A stretch of DNA of 64,000 bases, taken from positions 14,170,150 through 14,234,149 of the forward strand of contig NC_134026.1 of the NCBI RefSeq assembly GCF_964204645.1. The letters run 5' to 3'. Origin of the DNA: Tubulanus polymorphus. Lineage: Eukaryota; Animalia; Nemertea. Positions 51,401 to 62,081 of the stretch are shown here, piece by piece. A program made the position numbers and the translations under genes. The notes beneath the pieces were generated by a model. That model was given only the letters and a program-made list of their open reading frames with translations. It was not told the DNA's origin and ran no database searches. How positions within the stretch are numbered: position 1 is the first letter of the stretch; each line of letters opens with the position of its first letter.

Positions 51401-52082
51401 GGGCGTCAAAACCAAAAACAAGAATTGTCGCGGGCGACAAGACCAAAATATTGAATTGTCGCGGGCGATAAAACCGTAATAATGAATTGTCGCGGGCGAT
51501 AAAACCGTAATAATGAATTGTTGCGGGCGATAAAACAAAAATAATGAATTTTCTCAGGCGACAAAACCAAAATAATGAATTATCGCGGGCGAAAAAAACC
51601 AAAATAATGAATTGTCGGGGTGACAAAACCAAAATAATGAATTGTTGCGGGCGACAAAACCAAAATGGTGAATTGTCCAGGCGACAAAACCAAAATGGTG
51701 AATTGTCGCGGGCGACAAAACCAAAATAATGAATTGTCGCGGGCGATAAAACCAAAATTATGAATTGTCGCGGGTGATAAAACCAAAATAATGAATTGTC
51801 GCGGGCGATAAAACAAAAATAATGAATTGTCTCGGGCGACAAAACCAAAATAATGCATTTTCGCTGGCGATAAAACCAAAGTAATGAATTGTCGTGGGCG
51901 ATAAAACCAAAATAATGAATTGTCGCGGGCGACAAGACCAAAATATTGAATTGTCGCGGGCGATAAAACCGTAATAATGAATTGTCGCGGGCGATAAAAC
52001 CGTAATAATGAATTGTTGCGGGCGATAAAACAAAAATAATGAATTTTCTCAGGCGACAAAACCAAAATAATGAATTATCGCG
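42402..52082. repeat. 31-bp satellite array (~265 units), consensus CGACAAAACCAAAATAATGAATTGTCGCGGG, interrupted by a HINE
   Basis: Directly visible at 42402-42812 and 44231-52082. Confidence 0.98.
42813..44230 (-). mobile_element. Complete HINE (non-autonomous Helentron)
   Basis: Sub-TIRs CACTTGGGA (~42839) and TCCCAAGTG (~44213), hairpin GGGACTAAAGTCCC, (GGAC)n, five ~155-bp tandem units and a 3' stem-loop. Inserted in an A/T run with no TSD. Confidence 0.8.
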
Positions 52083-53138
52083 CCTATATTTATTTTCCTA
52101 ACCATTAATTTCCCTGTATTGGTATGATATTTACGGTTTTCTTTTCTGATAATCTGATAATTCTTCATCTGTTACAGTGCTATATTCTGGACAGTATGCT
52201 AGATTTTTAGACTTAAATTTTATATTTTCAGGATATTCTAAATCTACAACAAAATATATCCAGTATCAGAATGATCTTCAATATTCAGAATTCTTTTTTC
52301 CCAATTAGATTTATCATTATTTTAATGTGGTCAAACTTCAGATATTTCAAATATTCCATAAGCTTGTGGTTCCATCATTGCCCAACCATATAAATTATTT
52401 GCATCTACGTATATATATCATGACTCATATCCAGGAGTATCGTTAGTGTTGAAATATCTATCACCTCAAACACCAGAAACTCCTGCTCGTGTAGCTTTTT
52501 CAAATGATAATAATTGATCAATTTCTTTTAATAAGTCCGTTTTTATACCTGTCAATTTTAATCCACAATCCCAAGTTAGTCCTTGACTAGAATAACAATG
52601 ACATGGATCAATATTAAAATATTTTAGGTCGACTAATTCACCATGATTTTTCATTCTAAATTTCTAATGTTCTATCATAAAAACTATCTTTCACATATTC
52701 GGATCTTAATTTATCATAAGATTGTTCTTTTGATAATTCTGTAATTTTGAAATCATAATGCGATTCATAAAATGAATATATTATCTCTCTGGCATCCTTC
52801 CGGCTAAGGAGACGATGGCGCAGCGCTGGAACATCTAATATCTCCTTAATTGAAAATCATTATCATTTTGATAAAATTCTTTTTGTATTTTTTATTCATC
52901 ATCAACTAATGATTTTGATAAGTAATTAAGAGAACAACTTAGAAATCTATAAGAATCTATAAATCTTAGACATCCAAATTGAAAAAGATATATTATATTT
53001 AGATGTTTTAGCTAACATTTTAAATTTACAAGTTAGTATAATTTTATTTTTTCGAATTTACTTTTCCTATTTCATTAGTAATTTCTTCTATTTTATGACA
53101 TTTAATGAATAAATGTGCATTATATCCCGATAAAAATA

Positions 53139-54760
53139 CAGGTTGTCTCAGAAAATGTGGTTTCCTTTACCTTAAGGTTACTTATTCATTAAATATGATT
53201 TTAATTATTATTTTGGGGGTCAAGTTGATAGACTTGGATTTTCACTTGAGAAAAAAATGTTGAAAGGCAAAAATAAATCATGCATGGGTGAGAGCACCAG
53301 CATGTTTATGAATCGCCATTTAAATCGTGTCGAACCAAATTTTCAGATTGTTCCATAGTGTACGTTTATTGTATAATGACTACCTACCAGTTGGAAAATT
53401 GATTAAAAATCACAGAATCGATTTTCACTACTTGTGATTTTTTTCCTGTCGGGAAATGTATAAACCAAGTACAAAATTCAAAAGATTATCAGCAGCTGAA
53501 TCAAATTCAGATTTTGAGAAATACGTAATCTGATGTATCAAAATTCAACATTAAGCTTAAATGGTGAAATTGGTAAAATGGTGATGATATTAAACATGTC
53601 CCAGGGAAGCTTAATCAGTGATTAGTACCAACAATTTTATCAAGTAGAAATCACTGCTTCAGTTGATTTAAGTAAAAGTGAAGTGAAAGCGGAACATTTA
53701 TCAATAAACGTAGAGTAGGACAATGATATATCATAGTATGGTTATCCCTGGATACACACATAATTTTAGGCCAGCCATAGGCCGAGCCTATTACTATACA
53801 AATGGAGCGAATTTAAATGACATAGTAAAGGCAGAGTAAAGGCTCTTTGACTGTGCAACTGAGCATATCTTCATACAAATCATTCATTAGAGCAATATCC
53901 ATTCTCCAACCCCTATGAAGCTCAATTTTGAAAAGGGGATCGCAAAAAGATCTGTTTTAAAAAGCCAATCAGAAAGCAAAGAAGCCTCTATGATTGGCTA
54001 AGCCGCAGAGGTCAGCAGGTGTTCACGTAAACCCGCGGCATCGTCTACCGTTTTACTTCCTGGTTTTATTTTAAGATCTAAAATAAAACTTCAATATCGA
54101 TTTCTGTGAAATCTTTAGTTGAGAAAGTCTGGAAAAAATAGCTATTTCTCAAATTGGATGGATGACCTTGATATACTAATTAGCCATGTGTTCAAACTGC
54201 AAAATCAATCAAATTTTATTCTGCCAAAAATTATCAAATCCAATTCAATTTTGCTTTGTTGAGCAAATTTTCAGATAATTCAATTCTATTCCGTATTCAA
54301 ATCAATAAGACAAAGGGACAAGATTTATCTGAGGTATTTGTTCCTGCCATCTCCATTCGCTGTCTGTGCTACTTAAGAAAACACGATTGAAATGTGTAAA
54401 TTATTAGTCTGGGATTGACTAGTCTATGAGGGATTGTATTTGGAGAAATTTAACCCACAGAATGCATCATTTGCCATTTTGTGATAAGCTGACAGGCTGG
54501 CCATAGTGCCCCTTGAGCCTTTGTTCGATACCAAAGGTTAGTGTCTTCAGGGGCCATTCCATACTGGCTATCGCGGGGGGGGGGGGGGGGCGTAGAAACG
54601 TAGTATCAAATTGCCTTGTTTCTTGCAGTTAAACATTCCATCCTTGAGTAAACATCCAGGTCTACCAACCTACCCACCAAAAGAATTTTATTTCTATTTC
54701 AATTATAGTTAATGAATAATTAATCTTTACGCTACGGTAACACGTTTTTGAGACACCCTG
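53139..54760. mobile_element. Non-autonomous Tc1/mariner-type element with TA TSD, nested in pPolB
   Basis: TA|CAGGTTGTCTCAGAAAATGTG ... CACGTTTTTGAGACACCCTG|TA, with imperfect TIRs of ~110 bp. The flanks rejoin to give the pPolB exonuclease motif. Confidence 0.8.
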
Positions 54761-55009
54761 TATCACAGGAACAAAATTAATTTTTTAGCTTGAAAATTAA
54801 ATACCTCTTCACGATTATAACAATTATCTGCAAAACTAAAATCTTCTTCATCATCTGACATTATTATTTCTTTATTCGAATGTAATAATTTAATAAATTT
54901 TACTTCATATTCAATTAATAAGTCACAAAGTGAGTAATATTTTTATCAGATCTATAGTTACAATATTCACTTTTGATTTATTCAGTTCTAAATGTATGTA
55001 ACCATTTCC

Positions 55010-55012
<3 letters not shown>

Positions 55013-55062
<50 letters not shown>
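55013..55062. repeat. (TA)n microsatellite
   Basis: Directly visible. Confidence 0.95.
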
Positions 55063-55065
<3 letters not shown>

Positions 55066-55779
55066 TTATCAAAAGAATCTGAATTAAAGAACAAATCAAT
55101 TTGTTTTATCCACATATAATGATTTTCATACTATAAGATATCTATATCATCATTTATATCAAAATCTTTTGATAAGTATAAAGGTTCCGATGTATAATCA
55201 ATTATTTTATCTCCTTTGTATTTTCGTAGTTTAGTTAAACCAATTTCAATGATTTTTGTATTATCTTTTTTTATTTTTGGAATTTTTTTCATCTTAACAG
55301 GATAATTATTTATTTCATAATTATTTTCCATTTTATTTTATTATTTTTCTATAATCTAAGGCTATGTGTAATATCTTCTGCTGCAGGATGTAGGGAAATT
55401 ATAATTAATTACATTTATTATCTCCATTTTGTACATTTATTACTGTATTAGTTTTACATGGTTTTTAATGGTTACTTGATGCATTAATATCGGGATCTTC
55501 ATAATATGATACATGTATTACATGTATTTATTTTATGTTATAAACATGTAAAGTCGTGATTATAATTTCATAAACCCCATTAACATGACCCATTAACTAG
55601 CTATTAACCCATTAATCATACATTGCCCATTAACGGTACTTTTATACGTGCGTCCACAAACGACGCCCTTTAAATCAACTGAAATAGTTTGAAATGCAAC
55701 TAAATCATGATAAATTCCGATGCTTTCAACTGTCGCGTCTGTAAAAAACCGTTGAGTTTCCCAAGTCTTTGTTTCTAGC

Positions 55780-55945
55780 TAACGCATGCGCATTAGTCAG
55801 TGCTGATTTTATGCGATGGCATCTCTAGACTTAGGCAGGCCACTACGCCATGTCTCACAGGACCGTCTGCGCAGGTTCTTGCGCCAGCTTGTCACAATAA
55901 ACCTTGCGGCGCCAATCAGATTGCGCACGTTGCATAATCGCTGAG
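55780..55945 (+). promoter_or_regulatory. Putative promoter / non-coding first exon of P5CS
   Basis: NRF1-like CGCATGCGCA (~55783), CCAAT box (~55912) and splice donor GAG|GTAAAT at 55945/6. Matching acceptor TTTCTTTCAG| at 56216. Confidence 0.4.
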
Positions 55946-56253
55946 GTAAATTTCACAGAATATAAAATTCCCCGCTAAAAGGACGGGTTTTTTGGCTTAT
56001 GATGACATAAACTAAGCTGCGCAATTGAGTTTGTGTGGCGGGATTTCGTACTATGGCGTGTCTCGATGCCCTCAGGTTCAAATCCATGTAGTGTTGGAAA
56101 GGATGTGTTTAAACATTTGTTCTGTCGTTGCTGTAGCATCGGTCTAAACGTACAGGCATACATAGATTGTACCATAAATGATAAAGTGCACGTTAATGTA
56201 TACGTATTTCTTTCAGGTCTGCATTTGGATAGACAAGGAAATGTGAAGTGACC

Positions 56254-56460
56254 ATGGCAGGCATTAATCGTAGAGTACATACCATCATGAAAAACATCCA
56301 TTTGGTTCGACAAATCCACAGGCAGCCTCTAGCAGCTCCAACGCAACGCGCTCTACTCTCCAATTCAGAATGTATCGTAGTTAAATTGGGAAGTGCTGTC
56401 ATCACCAGAACTGATGAGTGTGGGCTGGCTTTGGGACGATTAGCTTCAATTGTTGAACAG
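56254..56460 (+). CDS. ALDH18A1: Delta-1-pyrroline-5-carboxylate synthase, first coding exon (transit peptide plus start of the glutamate kinase domain)
   Basis: [20 protein letters not shown]...[29 protein letters not shown] closely matches animal P5CS ([29 protein letters not shown]). Kozak-like ACCATGG. Homology ends at CAG|GCAAGC. Confidence 0.85.
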
Positions 56461-56565
56461 GCAAGCACGGTTATAATAGGGTTTTCAAGTATCGTGGACA
56501 CCTAAACCGTTTTCGAGAACGTGGCGGATTAATTCAATCGATTTAATATGATTGAATATATATAT

Positions 56566-56720
56566 TGATTTACCAGTCACAATCTCCTCTTTTATCGTTG
56601 AAGATAAAATGTATTGATTGGGCCCTGGCGAGAGAACGTGTTCTTGCACAAACCCAAATAAAAGACTCGAAATGTCGCGGATATTGAATTAACGGATAAC
56701 GATATTTCCATTTACCTTTT
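56566..56720 (-). repeat. 3' tip of LTR-like family X
   Basis: CCCTGGCGAGAGAACGTG..TGCACAAACCCAAATA is shared with 30736 and 39962, with the same left boundary. Confidence 0.65.
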
Positions 56721-56759
56721 CTTACCATTATTTACCTGATGAACAGTTTTTATATCGAG

Positions 56760-57262
56760 AGAAGCGGTTCGTTTTCCGTTTCGTGGTCGACTTTTCGTAG
56801 AAATCACGTGCGTTTTGCGTAGTAACGCGATAGTTAACATTCAACAAAAGAACATCGTCTTCGGTCGGTCGTAAATCTTCAACGATTGTTGGTTATTTCT
56901 CAATGAGATCATCCAATGTCTGCCTGATTGCGGTTCGTTTGATCATCGACCTGTTAAGTTGAGTGTCTTCCATGTTTCGGGTGATCCTGGTCACGGCACC
57001 CATGTGACGTTGCATGCCACAGAGAAGATCACGTTCGATGCCAGTAATACGTAGCAGGAAGAGAATACGACGGGTTCTTTCTACAGATGAAACAAAACTG
57101 TTTTATTTCGGTCACACACAGGCTAACCACATGTCCTGACTGCACATGCGCATGCTAATATATAGTGATTCGCAACAAAAACTAGGGGGAGTGCACACAT
57201 TAAACTTATCGACATATTAAACATAATAGAACATTCTGTTCCTGATAGTGGCATAGGTGACA
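56760..57262 (-). mobile_element. BEL-type 5' LTR (57003-57262), tRNA-His PBS and gag start
   Basis: Minus strand TGTCAC...AATAAA...GTCACA, then TG(G)GTGCCGTGACCAGGAT (complement of the tRNA-His 3' end), then MEDTQLNRSMIKRTAIR. Confidence 0.75.
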
Positions 57263-60200
57263 CGTTTCAACGATTTAATGCTGCCAATTTTTTTCAGGAC
57301 TTGACTACCAAAAATTGGCAATATTTTTGATTGTGAAATGGATTGGGGTTGCGTTTAGAATGAAGCGAGGATCATTTGAAGTTGACCTTCACTAGAAATA
57401 TAAGTTAAGAAAAAATTCAATGTAATCAAAATTCAAACCAATAATTCCTGAACAAGCTATAGTAAATATCAAATCAAAGTCGTCAAAAGGCAGTAGACAT
57501 TTGTACATGTACGATGTCTTAGAAGACACGTTGGGAAAATGTATGATTAAGCATCGTTTTTGTTTATTGATCGGAATATTTAAAAATGCCATTCGATAGT
57601 TCAATTTCTATTATTCTACGTAGGGACGTCCGCGAAATAAAGTTTAATTGGCATATCTAATAGTTTGATTGGCATATCAACTAAGTGAAGGGCGTCTGAA
57701 CCAGGGTGTAAAAGTTTTAATTGGCAATTAAAGTTATTTTGAGTGGAACCTCCAGCGTTTTTGAGAGAAGTGAATTTCTGTGACGCGATTTATAACAAGG
57801 AAGTTAGTAATACATAAGAGTATCAAACTGTTGTAGTGAATTCACACCAGGATGATAGACCAAGCTTCACAGATGATAGATAATCATCGTATGTCGACGG
57901 AGTCTGCTCACAAAATGCCGTGCACGTAAACTTGTTTGTTGGACCGTACACTTCCGTTGTGCGATATGTGCCATTAAAAACTTTACCAAACGAAGATGAT
58001 TCTGTGAAACGTTCCAATTACGCTGTTATTATCATTTAAAGTTCAGTATTTTTTATCGTGAATATATGTTCCATCCAGAAAATTAATACCTTCATGTTAG
58101 CATTTCGTGTGCCTGGTGATCCCCTGAGGTCACTCGGGCTCTTTAGCTAATCACTGCTCTTCGGTTCAGGCCGCGGTCTACATAATCGCTCTTTTTGACG
58201 ACATTATGATAACGATGTGCTCTGATTGGTAGTTTACAGAATACCCTCAGCAGCCGAGGATATTCTCCAAACAACCTTAGATGAAGAAGGGATGTACGCC
58301 ATTTTGACGTCTTGGGTAGGTGAATTTCATTTTTTTCGGTGAATATCTCTAGTGTAGTATAGGGACCCAGTTAAGTATGGCAAAGCTGGTCCAATGTTGA
58401 TGGTTATATTGTTCTGAATTTGATTTATTCCGTCAATGTCTTCCCGCAAATTCTTAGAAAAAGTAAACAGCAGTGACGTTAGCAGGTGTTTTCTGTCGAT
58501 TTATGCCTATTTAATGGCAAACGTCCTTAACCTAGGCCATTGGGAAACGGAGCTGCATCGTATCGATATCAAAGTATCATGCGTAATTTTTAGTTTCATG
58601 TTATTTTCTTTCAACCGCATTTGTGTGTGTGTGCGTGCGTGTAATTATCAATTATCAAATTAAAATTCCAACTTAATTTATTTCGCCTTGGTGACGATCC
58701 GCTCGTGCCGCGAATAAACCAAACAATGAATAAAATGTTTCCATTTTTTTCAGATTCACTGTTCTCAATCTCAAGCTTCAGGATCCCTGCTTAGGTAAGT
58801 TTTTTTTCTCCAGTATTTCTGTCTTCAATATGGGACTGGGCAAGTTATTGAGACAGTCGTATTAGACTAGAATGGGATTGGGGGATGAACGAAAATGGCT
58901 TGCATTATGAGAATGCGTATCAGCTGGCGTATCTATTTAACACACGTATTGCTCGGGTTAGTTTTACTTGTAAATAATAATGATTAACTTGTTGTAAATG
59001 ATAAAGTTGTTTGGTGTCAATTGTCTTGATATGATGTCGGATAAGTGTTTTTTATGATATCAATGAAAACATATTACATTGTTCATTCTACAACTCTTTT
59101 AATTATGCAGATCTGTTGGCTTTAACAATTGCCCCGGGCACGACGGTGAGACTTGACGCGTGGTAAATAGGAGGAACAAATACGTCAAATCGATTTGTTT
59201 TACCTTAAACTTTAGAGTGAAATATGGCCTTCTATAGTTCAAAAAGGTCGACAGATCAATATGTATCACTAACATAGACTTTTTAATGACAATTGGACTG
59301 ATAATAACTAAAATGAAAAAGTATGATTAAGTAAATTTCGTTCAAAATAATAATAGCCCATGAGCCAAGAGGTTTAACACAGCCTTATGAAATGCAGAGA
59401 TGAGATAATTTGACAAAGTTTAAAATATATCATTAAACGATATAGGGATACAATTTGAAATGTGCGAGGAGATTCGAGCCCGTAGCAGCTACATCGGCAA
59501 ATCGCGGATCCAAGACAGAGCTGCGATACAGCGCCAGCCTCTTTACCAATAAACTCGCAGATAAGACCGATTCCATCGCAAGAAAGCGTTTTAGGCAGCT
59601 GCAGCCGAGGCCAAAGCCACAACCGCCGCACCCGCCGCAGGCGGTGAGGGATGGCAGAGCGTCATGACAAAATGTAAGTTTAACGCTCATACTTCCCACA
59701 CGATGCCCATTCAGAGACGCCCATAAACAATACTAGTTCACCCTTTTCGGTGTTTTCTATACGCAGATAAGTATTGCGTAAAATTCATCCACATATTCAT
59801 ACGCTCGTATAATTCACCAAAATAAGCACAGGTGCACCAAAAACCATTTTTAGAATGCCAAATATTTTCAAAATAATATTTCTATTCATACAATATAGAT
59901 TTAGAATACAAGTTTGGAAAGGATGCTGTGTTACTAAACAGTCTATCGACGGGACTCCGTAGCAGGTGCGCGTAGCTCTGTTTGGTTGTTGCGATGCATA
60001 GGGAACCCGTAATTGAATTGAGGAATCTCTGTCAAATATACGTCTGCAGTAAATGAATAAACGCACGCCACACTGTCATACAACTCAGCGATAATTAGAT
60101 TGATAATCAAACTGTAAAAATTCAAGGCTTTTAAGGACATAGTTTGCCAACCATTCAAATTCAAAGACTCCCACCGACATTCCCAGCACAAAACAAGGAA

Positions 60201-60699
60201 TTGACACCGCTACTACGGTATCGACCCTTGCTGCAAGGTGCCCGTTCACATCAAGTGATGTAGTCATACGCATATTAATTCACCTTGTAAGATAAATTTA
60301 TTTGAACGAATTATTGATAAAATATAATTCAAAAATCTTTTTTAATATTATTGTGATCAACTTCCATCACCATTCAACCCAATATAATGTGAAATAATCT
60401 CGAATACAAAGTTCCCGAATCTGTTTTTGCAGCGTATTCAACCCCATTTATCGGGTCTTTCGTTAATTCAATGACTGTAAAAATGGTGTGTTTTGGTTCG
60501 CCGTAAACATACAGGACACGACACGTTCGTAATAGCTCTCGTTCCTCGAGAGCTGAAAATTGTTTAACTGGCCAATGCTTGACGAGTATTGGACATATAG
60601 AAAATTATCTGTATCCGTGTATGATGAATGACAAGAGAAATCCCACAATAAAATCAGCCAAAAATGAAAAGCTCTATATTAAAATGATAATATTTCGAG

Positions 60700-60865
60700 C
60701 AACGTTTCGGGTAAATACTATTAGCCATCTTCAGGCGTACTATAACGTCAATTTATTCCTCGTACACGTAGAAACTGAATTACTACCTCTTTATACTAGC
60801 ACTCGCCCTAAGCTTCGGTTACGATATGTCGATGATATTCGTGCACTTATTCCTTGTGACTAGAT
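60700..60865 (+). mobile_element. Penelope-like element scrap: inverted hammerhead-like motif plus RT fragment
   Basis: VETELL.....RPKLRLRYVDDI matches the Penelope RT catalytic region. Minus strand CCTGAAGATGG...CCGAAACGTTG at 60735-60700. Confidence 0.65.
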
Positions 60866-62081
60866 ATGGCACGGGCTATGATATAACAACTATTTAACTG
60901 ACCAATTCTTGGCCTATACTGACCTTTGAGTAATTTGGCTATTTAAGAAGTAACACAGTCGTGTTTGTTGTCAAATAATTAGACATGATGTGGGCTTTTA
61001 TCTTACAACTTACCATATAGCTATGATAGCTATATTTAACTGTTTCAGAAACAACATAGTCGCGTTTGGTATCAAATAATTTCATTTGGCCTGAACTTAA
61101 ATATAACAACATTTTTACCTGTACAAGTTACACCAGTACAGTCTTATTACCGGTTAAATGTTTTTAGAAATGACACGGGGTATTGCCTGAATCATTCTGA
61201 TACCAGCAACTAGCTCAGAATGTCATCAATGTCACCAAACACAAACGATAGTGTAATGAAATTAAAACTTGAATTATTATCGAAACGAGAGCCAAAGAGA
61301 AAGAGAGCCAGGGATAGAGGGGCGTGAATTTATATTGCTCCACTAGACAATGGCCAGACGTCAGTAGAACAAAGTCCAAATGACCAGTGCCGAGTGAAGT
61401 GAACGGTTAGGATTAAAGAGATAAAGACAATATTGATTTTAATATAATTACAATTCGTAGAATACGGATATATAGTACACAATATGTTTGTAATGAAAAC
61501 TTGATAATGGCGTGGTTGTTAAATTGATACTATCCGTTGTATCATATCCCCCACGCTCACTTGATTCCTCGTCGAATCTCAAAACTAAACTATACCGACG
61601 AAAAAAAAACTATTGACAACGAATGGAAAAAGCACTCATCAATAATAGATCCAAACGTAAAAAGTAACCATATATACTGCATAATATACTTCCCTTTAAA
61701 CATGCAATTATTAGTGGGATGAAAACCCGGAAGACACTTAAATTACGCGGATGACACTAAAGACTTAGCATTGTAGGAACAAGACGTAGCCACACGAAAA
61801 GAATGTATACATATCCACCACTTAACAATTAAGCGTAATCTGGAGAAATAAAGATAGTATATGATTAATATGAATTGAATTTAACCTATCTAAATATAGC
61901 CGTAGGTTGCCAATAATAGCTATTAAGTGGCCAGTACGGCAGTAAATATCATTGTCACTTTCAAAATAAATATCAAAGTCCAATAAATAGACTGCATGCA
62001 CAATAATGAATTAAAACTATGCCGCGATAGTAACTAAGTTAGTATCGAGTTCTACATATCATATGATAATAAGTAAACGGA

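Larger units (their letters stand above)
52084..55560 (-). pseudogene. Polinton protein-primed DNA polymerase B remnant
   Basis: NYPVK..IPKI; FVPVI|FLSGYNAHLFIK; LRFIDSYRFLSCSL; IDPCHCYSSQGLTWD; YVDANNLYGWAM. Heavily decayed. Confidence 0.85.

Noticed and set aside
42402-52082. CRISPR array, or the many FWFCRPRQFIILVLSPATIHYFG ORFs as genes
   Set aside because: The units are head-to-tail with no unique spacers, there are no cas genes and the context is eukaryotic. The ORFs arise because the 31-mer lacks stops on the minus strand.
56030-56095. tRNA/SINE from the B-box-like GGTTCAAATCC
   Set aside because: No convincing cloverleaf or A-box spacing.
58754-58794. Next P5CS exon
   Set aside because: It needs frameshifts to resemble VSVLQ and lacks the SGAVAFG motif.
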